The position numbers and the translations under genes were made by a program. The notes under the pieces were generated by a model. It had not been told where the DNA came from and searched no databases. It saw only the letters and a list, made by a program, of their open reading frames with translations. A DNA stretch of 40,000 nt from Microcystis aeruginosa FD4 (GTDB taxonomy: Bacteria; Cyanobacteriota; Cyanobacteriia; Cyanobacteriales; Microcystaceae): positions 1,473,062 through 1,513,061 of the forward strand of contig NZ_CP046973.1 in the NCBI RefSeq assembly GCF_009792235.1, given 5' to 3'. This document shows positions 8,468-16,303 of this stretch, in pieces (positions within the stretch are counted from its first letter, which is position 1; each line of letters begins with the position of its first letter).

Positions 8468-8710
8468 ATGACAACCAACTTATTAAATAATGCTATTACC
8501 ATAGATAACGAAATTCAACATGGTAAACCAATATTAACAGGAACCCGAATCCCGATCGCCATTGTTATTGGTTCCCTGGCAGGAGGAATGAGCTATGAAG
8601 AAGTCATGGAGGAATATGGAGTTACTCAAGAGCAAATTCTTGCTTCTTTAGCATATTTTTCTGAACTTTTAAATAATGAAATCATTTATCCAATGGAGAA
8701 AACCAGTTGA
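8468..8710 (+). CDS. DUF433-family small protein (antitoxin-like)
   Basis: 80 aa. The GKPILTGTRIPIAIVIGSLAGGMSYEEVMEEY pattern is typical of DUF433. Overlaps the next gene (TTGA). Confidence 0.7.
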   Translation: MTTNLLNNAITIDNEIQHGKPILTGTRIPIAIVIGSLAGGMSYEEVMEEYGVTQEQILASLAYFSELLNNEIIYPMEKTS

Positions 8711-9075
8711 AAATTCGCTTTTTAATTGATCAAGACTGCCCCTTAAGTTTAAGCAACTTGCTAAATTCTAAAGGTTATGACGCTATTCATGTAAAAACCT
8801 CTGGACTAAGTGGCACAAAAGACCCTGAGCTATTTCGATTTGCTCAACGAGAACAGCGAATTATTATTAGCCGTGATTTGGGATGGGCTAATATCAAAAA
8901 TTATCCTCCCAATACCCATTGTGGTCTGATTATTTTACGATTTCCTTTTGAGGCGATAGCGGTAGAAATTAGACAGGTTTTAGAAAATTTTATCAATACC
9001 GTAGATATAGAAGAAATTATTGGCTCAACGGTAATTGTGGATAAAAATAAGTTTAGGATCAGAAAATCTGGTTGA
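8707..9075 (+). CDS. DUF5615 / Mut7-C PIN-like protein (toxin-like partner of DUF433)
   Basis: 122 aa. FLIDQDCP...GYDAIHV...RIIISRDLG...GLIILR pattern. TTG start overlaps the upstream stop. Confidence 0.65.
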   Translation: MKIRFLIDQDCPLSLSNLLNSKGYDAIHVKTSGLSGTKDPELFRFAQREQRIIISRDLGWANIKNYPPNTHCGLIILRFPFEAIAVEIRQVLENFINTVDIEEIIGSTVIVDKNKFRIRKSG

Positions 9076-9211
9076 CAAATTAATAGTGTTCCTAATATAA
9101 ATTAAACAGCGATCGCCACTTTTAAACCTGATAGAAAAACAGCAATTCTTTTACAGTTCATTAAATTGTAATTGCTTTTTTCCTACCCAATAAACCCAAC
9201 AGAATAAACCC

Positions 9212-9469
9212 ATGAATACAGCAACTAAAACCATCAAAGTCTATAACGAAATTATTGAACTAATCGCAGGGGGAACCACTCCCCAATCGGTGATTAACTT
9301 TCATCTTTCCGATACCGCTCAAAATCGCCTAGAAGACCTAATTTATAACGCTAAAAATAATGAACTTACCCAAGAGGAAAAACAGGAACTCGATGCTTAT
9401 TTAATGCTAGAACATATTATGACCCTAGCAAAAGCAAAAGCTCACCAATATCTCAATGGAGCTAACTAA
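9212..9469 (+). CDS. 85-aa small protein coupled to the HNH gene
   Basis: Overlaps the HNH ORF by 14 bp. Helical and acidic. No family recognised. Confidence 0.5.
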   Translation: MNTATKTIKVYNEIIELIAGGTTPQSVINFHLSDTAQNRLEDLIYNAKNNELTQEEKQELDAYLMLEHIMTLAKAKAHQYLNGAN

Positions 9470-9910
9470 AATGGCTCGACCTTACATTAGTGCAGAATTG
9501 CGAAAATTAGTTGCTGAACGTGCCGATTTTCTCTGTGAATATTGCTTAATTTCTGCTTCTGATAGGGTATCTGGCTATCAGGTGGATTATATCATTAGTG
9601 TTAAACATGGGGGAGCAACTTCGGCTGATAATTTGTGCTACGCCTGTATTTTTTGCAATTTACAAAAAGGTACAGATTTAGGCTCAATTAATTGGGAAAC
9701 TGGAGAACTTGTCCGTTTTTTTACCCGCGTCGAGACTTGTGGAAAGAACATTTTCAACTTAAAGAAGCTTTTATCCAACCCATTACTGATATTGGGAACG
9801 TGACAGCTAGGATTTTAGATTTCAATAATAAAGAACGCTTACAAGAGCGACAATTATTAATAGAAATTGCTAAATATCCACCTGTTTCTGCAAAACAAGG
9901 ACTTCTTTAA
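9456..9910 (+). pseudogene. HNH-family endonuclease, frame broken at a T7 run
   Basis: CEYC...DYIISVKHGG...NLCYACIFCNLQKG is an HNH zinc-finger scaffold. ORF 9456..9803 and ORF 9692..9910 join into one protein (ELVRFF|YPRRDLWKEHF) by a -1 shift at TTTTTTT 9716-9722. Confidence 0.65.
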
Positions 9911-9921
9911 ATTTATTTCAT

Positions 9922-10331
9922 AACCTCTTTCTCTACAAGCATTAGAATTGAAAAAACAACTCTTAGGAGACAATCATCCCGATGTGGCAGCTTCCCTCAA
10001 CAATTTAGCATACTTGTACTACTCCCAAGGCAGATACCCAGAAGCAGAACCTCTCTATCTAGAAGCGATTAATATTGCTACCCAAGTATTAGGGGAAAAT
10101 CATCCCCATACCCAAACCTTTTATCAGAATTATCTGAGGATGTTATCGCAATTACCCGAAGCAGAATTAAGACAACGGTTTCCTCTTCCTCATCCGTTGA
10201 ACCCAAAACCCCCTCATCCCCGAAAACAGCTATTAGGAAGATTGATACAAGGGTTTCTGATATTGTTAATTTTACCCTTTTATAGCCTCTGGTTAGTCTT
10301 GCGGTGGTTGCTGAGGAGACTGGGTTTCTAA
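9922..10331 (+). pseudogene. Third, more diverged TPR C-terminal remnant with an alternative cap and a hydrophobic tail
   Basis: Homology to the repeat unit begins at about 9922 (AACCTCTTTCTCTACAAGCATTAGAATTGAAAAAACAACTCTTAGGAGAC). ORF 9948..10331 has no N-terminal domain and ends LILLILPFYSLWLVLRWLLRRLGF. Confidence 0.6.
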
Positions 10332-10370
10332 GGAAACTTCAATGGGGAGTATTTGATGCTTGAAAAGAGG

Positions 10371-12985
10371 GTCTGCATACGCACGGATTTTCCATTATGA
10401 ATATAATATCATGTCAAGGGGCCTTTGTCAAGAGAAAATTTTTTCAAATCAGGATTTAGTAAAACCTAGTAACCCACCACCATCGACTGTGGTTGGTGTG
10501 ATGAACTGTGATTAGGAACCTAGTTAAGAGTGGATTAGAGATGAAGATTGATTGAATGAACCAATCATAGTCAATCACATAATCACATCAATCATAGTTA
10601 AGACCATGGGAAAATAGCGTCTGCATACGCACGGATTTTCCATTATGAATATAATGTCATGTCAAGAGGCTTTTGTCAAGAGAAAATTTTTTCAAATCAG
10701 GATTTAGTAAAACCTAGTAACCCACCACCATCGACTGTGGTTGATGTAATCATCTGATGGACTGTGATTAGGTATCTAGTTGAGAGTTTCTGAAAAGTAA
10801 ATGACTAACCCTAGTGGATTAGAGATGAAGATTGATTGAATGAACCAATCATAGTCAATCACATAATCACATCAATCATAGTTAAGACCGTTGGAAAATA
10901 GCGTCTGCATACGCACGGATTTTCCATTATGAATATAATGTCATGTCAAGAGGCTTTTGTCAAGAGAAAATTTTTTCAAATCAGGATTTAGTAAAACCTA
11001 GTAACCCACCACCATCGACTGTGGTTGGTGTGATGGACTGTGATTAGGAAGCTAGTTAAGAGTGGATTAGAGATGAAGATTGATTGAATGAACCAATCAT
11101 AGTCAATCACATAATCACATCAATCATAGTTAAGACCGTTGGAAAATAGCGTCTGCATACGCACGGATTTTCCATTATGAATATAATGTCATGTCAAGAG
11201 GCTTTTGTCAAGAGAAAATTTTTTCAAATCAGGATTTAGTAAAACCTAGTAACCCACCACCATCGACTGTGGTTGATGTAATCATCTGATGGACTGTGAT
11301 TAGGTATCTAGTTGAGAGTTTCTGAAAAGTAAATGACTAACCCTAGTGGATTAGAGATGAAGATTGATTGAATGAACCAATCATAGTCAATCACATAATC
11401 ACATCAATCATAGTTAAGACCGTTGGAAAATAGCGTCTGCATACGCACGGATTTTCCATTATGAATATAATGTCATGTCAAGAGGCTTTTGTCAAGAGAA
11501 AATTTAACAACATTCAGAAAAACGTAGGGTGCGTTAGACGGCCAAAATTTCTGCTTTAACTTCAAGCTAACAATCCGTCCTAACGCACCACCATCGACAG
11601 TGGTTGATGTAATCATCTGATGGACTGTGATAAGTAAAACCTAGGGTGCGGAATGTGGGTTCAAGCTAACAATCCCTCGTAACCCACCACCATCGACAGT
11701 GATTGGAATGATTGAATGATGAACTGTGATTAGGAACCTAGTTAAGAGTGGATTAGAGATGAAGATTGATTGAATGAACCAATCATAGTCAATCACATAA
11801 TCACATCAATCATAGTTAAGACCATGGGAAAATAGCGTCTGCATACGCACGGATTTTCCATTATGAATATAATGTCATGTCAAGGGGCTTTTGTCAAGAG
11901 AAAATTTTTTCAAATCAGGATTTAGTAAAACGTAGTAACGCAGCACCTATCATCGACTGTGGTTGATGTAATCATCTGATGGACTGTGATTAGGTATCTA
12001 GTTGAGAGTTTCTGAAAAGTAAATGACTAACCCTAGTGGATTAGAGATGAAGATTGATTGAATGAACCAATCATAGTCAATCACATAATCACATCAATCA
12101 TAGTTAAGACCATGGGAAAATAGCGTCTGCATACGCACGGATTTTCCATTATGAATATAATGTCATGTCAAGAGGCTTTTGTCAAGAGAAAATTTTTTCA
12201 AATCAGGATTTAGTAAAACCTAGTAACCCACCACCATCGACTGTGGTTGGTGTGATGGACTGTGATTAGGAAGCTAGTTAAGAGTGGATTAGAGATGAAG
12301 ATTGATTGAATGAACCAATCATAGTCAATCCAATAATCACATCAATCATAGTTAAGACCATGGGAAAATAGCGTCTGCATACGCACGGATTTTCCATTAT
12401 GAATATAATGTCATGTCAAGAGGCTTTTGTCAAGAGAAAATTTTTTCAAATCAGGATTTAGTAAAACCTAGTAACCCACCACCATCGACTGTGGTTGATG
12501 TAATCATCTGATGGACTGTGATTAGGTATCTAGTTGAGAGTTTCTGAAAAGTAAATGACTAACCCTAGTGGATTAGAGATGAAGATTGATTGAATGAACC
12601 AATCATAGTCAATCCAATAATCACATCAATCATAGTTAAGACCATGGGAAAATAGCGTCTGCATACGCACGGATTTTCCATTATGAATATAATGTCATGT
12701 CAAGAGGCTTTTGTCAAGAGAAAATTTTTTCAAATCAGGATTTAGTAAAACCTAGTAACCCACCACCATCGACAGTGATTGGAATGATTGAATGATGAAC
12801 TGTGATTAGGAACCTAGTTAAGAGTGGATTAGAGATGAAGATTGATTGAATGAACCAATCATAGTCAATCACATAATCACATCAATCATAGTTAAGACCA
12901 TGGGAAAATAGCGTCTGCATACGCACGGATTTTCCATTATGAATATAATATCATGTCAAGCCGCCTTTGTCAAGTAGGTTTCTAG
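10371..12985. repeat. ORF-free tandem array: nine full units (248, 284, 248, 284, 402, 288, 248, 284, 256 bp) plus a truncated tenth head
   Basis: GTCTGCATACGCACGG starts units at 10371, 10619, 10903, 11151, 11435, 11837, 12125, 12373, 12657 and 12913. There is no ORF of 60 aa or more on either strand across 2.6 kb. Confidence 0.95.
11528..11589 (-). terminator. Candidate intrinsic terminator (minus strand) inside the expanded array unit
   Basis: Arms GGTGCGTTAGACGG and CCGTCCTAACGCACC give a 14-bp stem with one bulge. On the minus strand the stem is followed by CTACGTTTTTC. The loop is long (about 34 nt), so this is weak. Confidence 0.3.
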
Positions 12986-13006
12986 TCAAAAGGGACTAAG
13001 TTGGAA

Positions 13007-13231
13007 TTACAGCAGACGAATAAATTCTTCTTGTGTCAGTTCAGCATCGCGTAAAATTTTTAAGAGTAATCCTTTCCCGACAGTTTTCCCCCGATGAACA
13101 GGTACGGTGACAACTCTTCCATCTTCATGTTTTAAGCGCAGATGACTTCCTTTTTGTCGGATAGATTGAAACCCTATTCTCGTTAAAGCTTTGATAACTT
13201 CATCACCTGTTAATATCGGTAATTTTGGCAT
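13007..13231 (-). CDS. hicA: HicA mRNA-interferase toxin
   Basis: 74 aa. LTGDEVIKALTRIGFQSIRQKGSHLRLKHEDGRVVTVPVH is the HicA/YcfA signature. Confidence 0.9.
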   Translation of the reverse strand: MPKLPILTGDEVIKALTRIGFQSIRQKGSHLRLKHEDGRVVTVPVHRGKTVGKGLLLKILRDAELTQEEFIRLL

Positions 13232-13452
13232 CAGATAGACACCTTTTCAATTCCAACAAACTCCGACACATCTTCAGGATTGTCATCTTGCAAGCAAAGT
13301 TCAATCACTTCCCTGATATTCTTCATCAATTCATCAATCGTTTCCCCTTGACTGTAACAACCCCGAAGTTGAGGAACTTCCCCAACATAATATCCATCCT
13401 CATCTCGTTCAATGACAACATAAAACTCTCTTTGATGGTTCATGGTTCTCAA
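13231..13452 (-). CDS. hicB: HicB-like antitoxin (N-terminal UPF0150 domain only)
   Basis: 73 aa. FYVVIERDEDGYYVGEVPQLRGCYSQGETIDELMKNIREVIELCL. One-base overlap with hicA. Confidence 0.85.
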   Translation of the reverse strand: MRTMNHQREFYVVIERDEDGYYVGEVPQLRGCYSQGETIDELMKNIREVIELCLQDDNPEDVSEFVGIEKVSI

Positions 13453-13516
13453 TCCTTAAAAAAATTATCGTTATCTAAGCTTTTATTGGCGATTATTGAG
13501 ACTTGAAGAAAGAGGT

Positions 13517-13700
13517 CGTAGGCGCACGGATTTTCCATTGTGAATATAATATCATGTCAAGTCGCCTTTGTCAAGAGAAAATTTGACAACATCCAGAAAA
13601 ACGTAGGGTGCGTTAGACGGCCAAAATTTCCGCTTTAACTTCAAGCTAACAATCCGTCGTAACGCACCACCTATTATCGACTATGATTGAATTAATCACT
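13517..13700. repeat. Solitary diverged array unit (head, hairpin element, one stem arm) on the far side of hicBA
   Basis: GCGCACGGATTTTCCATTGTGAATATAATATCATGTCAAGTCGCCTTTGTCAAGAGAAAATT matches the array head. It is followed by the GGTGCGTTAGACGG...CGTAACGCACC element at 13607-13668. Confidence 0.8.
13546..13574 (-). promoter_or_regulatory. Sigma70-type promoter of hicBA: TTGACA, 17-nt spacer with TGn, then TATTAT
   Basis: On the minus strand the -35 TTGACA is at 13574-13569. The extended -10 TGATATTAT spans 13554-13546. The spacer is 17 nt. The hicB ATG at 13452 lies about 85 nt downstream. Confidence 0.55.
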
Positions 13701-13730
13701 GATAACTCGATCGAATCTAAAAGCTAATTT

Positions 13731-13922
13731 GGGTGCATCTCCCGTTGGTTACTTTCTCTCACTTATGCTGAGCAGCAGAAGTTGTTCAAAGAGGGCGAAT
13801 GCAATTCGCCCCGACAATAATATGATTGCGCCAATGGTAGGGGCGCACCGTGGTCAGTGAGTTGAGCGAACTGCGTGCGCCCAAAATGTCATCTAGATAT
13901 TTCGACAAAATTGAGATGCACC
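13731..13922. mobile_element. 192-bp MITE with GGGTGCATCTC... termini (a second copy is nested in the ISL3 element at 27465-27634)
   Basis: Termini GGGTGCATCTC / GAGATGCACC. Internal palindromes GGGCGAATGCAATTCGCCC and GGGGCGCACCG...GCGTGCGCCC are shared with the 27.5-kb copy. Confidence 0.75.
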
Positions 13923-13964
13923 AGGCATAACCATCTCTGTCATTACTTTTTAAAAATGGTATCA

Positions 13965-13999
13965 GGAGTCAGGAGATAGGAGATAGGAGATAGGAGATT
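13965..13999. repeat. Heptamer microsatellite (GGAGTCA/GGAGATA), 5 units
   Basis: GGAGTCAGGAGATAGGAGATAGGAGATAGGAGATT read directly. Confidence 0.9.
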
Positions 14000-14128
14000 A
14001 TTTTTATTTATTCTCCCCGTTCCCAACTCTGGTGCAGTCTTAAGGAGTAATTTGGATAATAAAATTAGCATCCATCTCGCAGGGGTATTACCCTTGTTAA
14101 TACCCCCTATTTTTGCTCCAGTATAGTG

Positions 14129-15472
14129 TTAAGCTTCTCCTGTGATTGATAAACCCTCTACCCAAACGTAGGGACAAACACCACTGGGAGTAATAACTGC
14201 TTCTGGTTCCAGATAAACAATCGATTTCAGCAGTGTTAAAATATCTCCGGCTACGGTAGCGGAATCGATGCTAATGCGCTCATTTTTGTTAACTAACCAA
14301 CCGTCAAACGGCAAAGAGAAGGAACCTTGCAGAGAATTAACTCCTGCGTGAAGTGCCTGTAAACTATCAATTAAAACCACATTTTCTGCTGTTTCCAAAG
14401 AATAGCTTTTTGGTGGATTGGCACTAGCAAAAACGTGATAAAAATGGGGAGTAACCATTACTTTTGCGCCAATGTTACCATTGCCAGTCGGTTCTGTATT
14501 CATCCGTTTAGCGGTAATCGTGCTATGGAGAAAATTACTCAAAATCCCCTCTTTAATTAATTCCACACGACGGGTGGGAGTGCCTTCACTATCAAAAGTT
14601 TCCGCGGAAACATTAGCGGGATGGAGGGCATCATCGCACAAATTTAAGGCAGTAGCGGCGATTTGTGTTCCCAGGGATTCAGGAGTAGAAAGACTCTGTT
14701 TATCAAGGACATTTTGGGCATTAAACAGATTAGAAAATGCTCCGATTAGACTCAAAAAGGCGCGGGGAGCAAAAACCACCAAATATTTACCGGTGGTAAT
14801 CGGTTGATAGTCCAGATGGCTAACAGTTTTGCTAATCGCTTCCTTGATGCAACCATCGATATCTAATTTTTCCAGCCCCGGACTCACCCGAAAAGCACCG
14901 GCGCTGCGGGGTTTTTTGCCTTCCTGTTCGGTTTTGGTGTATAAATACACGCTGGCATAACTACGCGCTTCCTGACGCATTGCCCCGTCGCTATTGAGAT
15001 AAAAACGTCTGACCTGCTGTTGTCCCAAACCGTTATAGGGAACACTGGCAATAGCCGGATGGGCCGCTAGTAAGGATTTTTCAGCGGCCAATAACTTATC
15101 GATGAGAGTGGATACAGGTGCTTGATTAGACATTTCGCTGGCCACTTCTGTGGTAGGTGCGGTGGCAGCGGGACTAAAATCGGGGACATTTTCCTTAACG
15201 CCAAAAAAGCTGGCTTCCTGGGCGGTTTTCAGGGCTAATTGCAGTCCCACCGGGTCCACATCGGTGGTCGAGGTGACACCGACTTGATTATCCCGATTCC
15301 AGACGCGAACGATAACGCTGGAACGATTGGAAGCTTGTACCTGTTTCGGTTCCCCTTGAAACACATCCACATCGGTTTCATCGACAGAAGAACCATAGAT
15401 GTCGTATTTAGCAATTCCTAAAGCTTGGGCGCTAGAATTAGCGATTTGGGCGATATCTTCAACTTTTGGCAT
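14129..15472 (-). CDS. pmbA: PmbA/TldE-family metalloprotease partner
   Basis: 447 aa. Overall TldD/PmbA-family pattern without the HExxxH motif. Sits in an operon-like arrangement with tldD. Confidence 0.85.
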   Translation of the reverse strand: MPKVEDIAQIANSSAQALGIAKYDIYGSSVDETDVDVFQGEPKQVQASNRSSVIVRVWNRDNQVGVTSTTDVDPVGLQLALKTAQEASFFGVKENVPDFSPAATAPTTEVASEMSNQAPVSTLIDKLLAAEKSLLAAHPAIASVPYNGLGQQQVRRFYLNSDGAMRQEARSYASVYLYTKTEQEGKKPRSAGAFRVSPGLEKLDIDGCIKEAISKTVSHLDYQPITTGKYLVVFAPRAFLSLIGAFSNLFNAQNVLDKQSLSTPESLGTQIAATALNLCDDALHPANVSAETFDSEGTPTRRVELIKEGILSNFLHSTITAKRMNTEPTGNGNIGAKVMVTPHFYHVFASANPPKSYSLETAENVVLIDSLQALHAGVNSLQGSFSLPFDGWLVNKNERISIDSATVAGDILTLLKSIVYLEPEAVITPSGVCPYVWVEGLSITGEA

Positions 15473-15625
15473 AGATTTATGGGGGGGGTTAGGTGTTGGA
15501 GGATTTTTCAGTTATCAGTAAACAGTAATCAGTAATCAGTGAAAAGAAAGCTCAGAACTTGCCACTTAACAGTGTCCACTGAAAACTCAAATCTGATAAC
15601 TGATAGCGGTCAGCCGTAAGCTGGA

Positions 15626-15717
15626 TAAGTAGGGAGGCACAATTATTTGTAGGATGGGTTAGCGCACTTCGTAAACCATGCGGGCGTTGGGTTTCATGCT
15701 TCAACCCAACCTACGTT
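15626..15717 (+). mobile_element. 92-bp hairpin MITE, copy 2
   Basis: TAAGTAGGGAGGCACAATTATTTGTAGGATGGGTTAGCG...CAACCCAACCTACGTT. Same element as 3735-3826 and 20954-21045. Confidence 0.7.
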
Positions 15718-15725
15718 CTGAAAAC

Positions 15726-16301
15726 TCAAATCTGATAACTGATAACTGATAACTGATAACTGATAACTGAAGAGAGATGCGGCCAGGTGGTGACAATAAA
15801 GACGATAACGGCAGCCGTGGCCAGCATAGCTTTGGCAACGTGACCGATAACTGTACCGACGACGATACCGACACAGACTTTTAGGGATTGTTGCAAACGG
15901 GGGGTTAATTCCAAATCGCGACGATAGGCGTATTCTCCCAAAAAAGCCCCGACCACAGGACCGACAAATAGGCCGATAATTGGGCCGCCAATGGGTAAAG
16001 CTGGTAAAAGCCCGAATATTCCCGCTAATAAGCCCACTACTAGCCCGATTTGACTCCAATTGCTCGCCCCAACTTTTTGGGCGCCGAGATAACTAGCGAG
16101 GAATTCCACCCCCAGACTGAGGAGAAGGATAACAAAGGCCACGGTTAAAGCGACCCCCATCCCTGCGAATTTGGTGACGAAACCCCATACCAGCATGGCG
16201 ATTAAAATCAAACTCATGCCGGGGATAGCGGGCAGCAGTTCGCCAATTATCCCCACTATCATGATGGCGATGAGGAAATAGTAGAGAATTACTAAAGTCA
16301 T
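15726..16301 (-). CDS. DUF456-family integral membrane protein
   Basis: 191 aa and highly hydrophobic (LIAIMIVGIIGELLPAIPGMSLILIAMLVWGF). The last 14 codons are encoded by the (CTGATAA)n repeat. Confidence 0.8.
   Translation of the reverse strand: MTLVILYYFLIAIMIVGIIGELLPAIPGMSLILIAMLVWGFVTKFAGMGVALTVAFVILLLSLGVEFLASYLGAQKVGASNWSQIGLVVGLLAGIFGLLPALPIGGPIIGLFVGPVVGAFLGEYAYRRDLELTPRLQQSLKVCVGIVVGTVIGHVAKAMLATAAVIVFIVTTWPHLSSVISYQLSVISYQI
15732..15770. repeat. Heptamer microsatellite (CTGATAA), 5 units plus a partial
   Basis: CTGATAACTGATAACTGATAACTGATAACTGATAACTGA read directly. Overlaps the 3' end of the DUF456 CDS. Confidence 0.9.
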
Positions 16302-16303
16302 GA

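Noticed and set aside
9692-9910. ORF 9692..9910 as an independent 72-aa gene
   Set aside because: Its sequence continues the HNH protein of 9456..9803 after a -1 shift at the T7 run. Its own N-terminal 10 codons overlap out of frame.
8042-10331. ORFs 8042..8380 and 9948..10331 as stand-alone small TPR proteins
   Set aside because: Both begin at TTG codons that are internal Leu codons of the repeat unit. Homology to the unit extends upstream of each in decayed form, and neither has an N-terminal capping region. They are better explained as displaced gene tails.
10371-12985. Possible CRISPR array, given a regular tandem repeat in a non-coding stretch next to defence-type genes
   Set aside because: The period is 248-284 bp and the whole unit is repeated. 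There is no alternation of 25-40-bp repeats with unique spacers, and no cas genes are present in the window.
13225-13506. 93-aa plus-strand ORF
   Set aside because: It is antisense to hicB and the hicA start, and the HicAB signatures on the minus strand are unambiguous.
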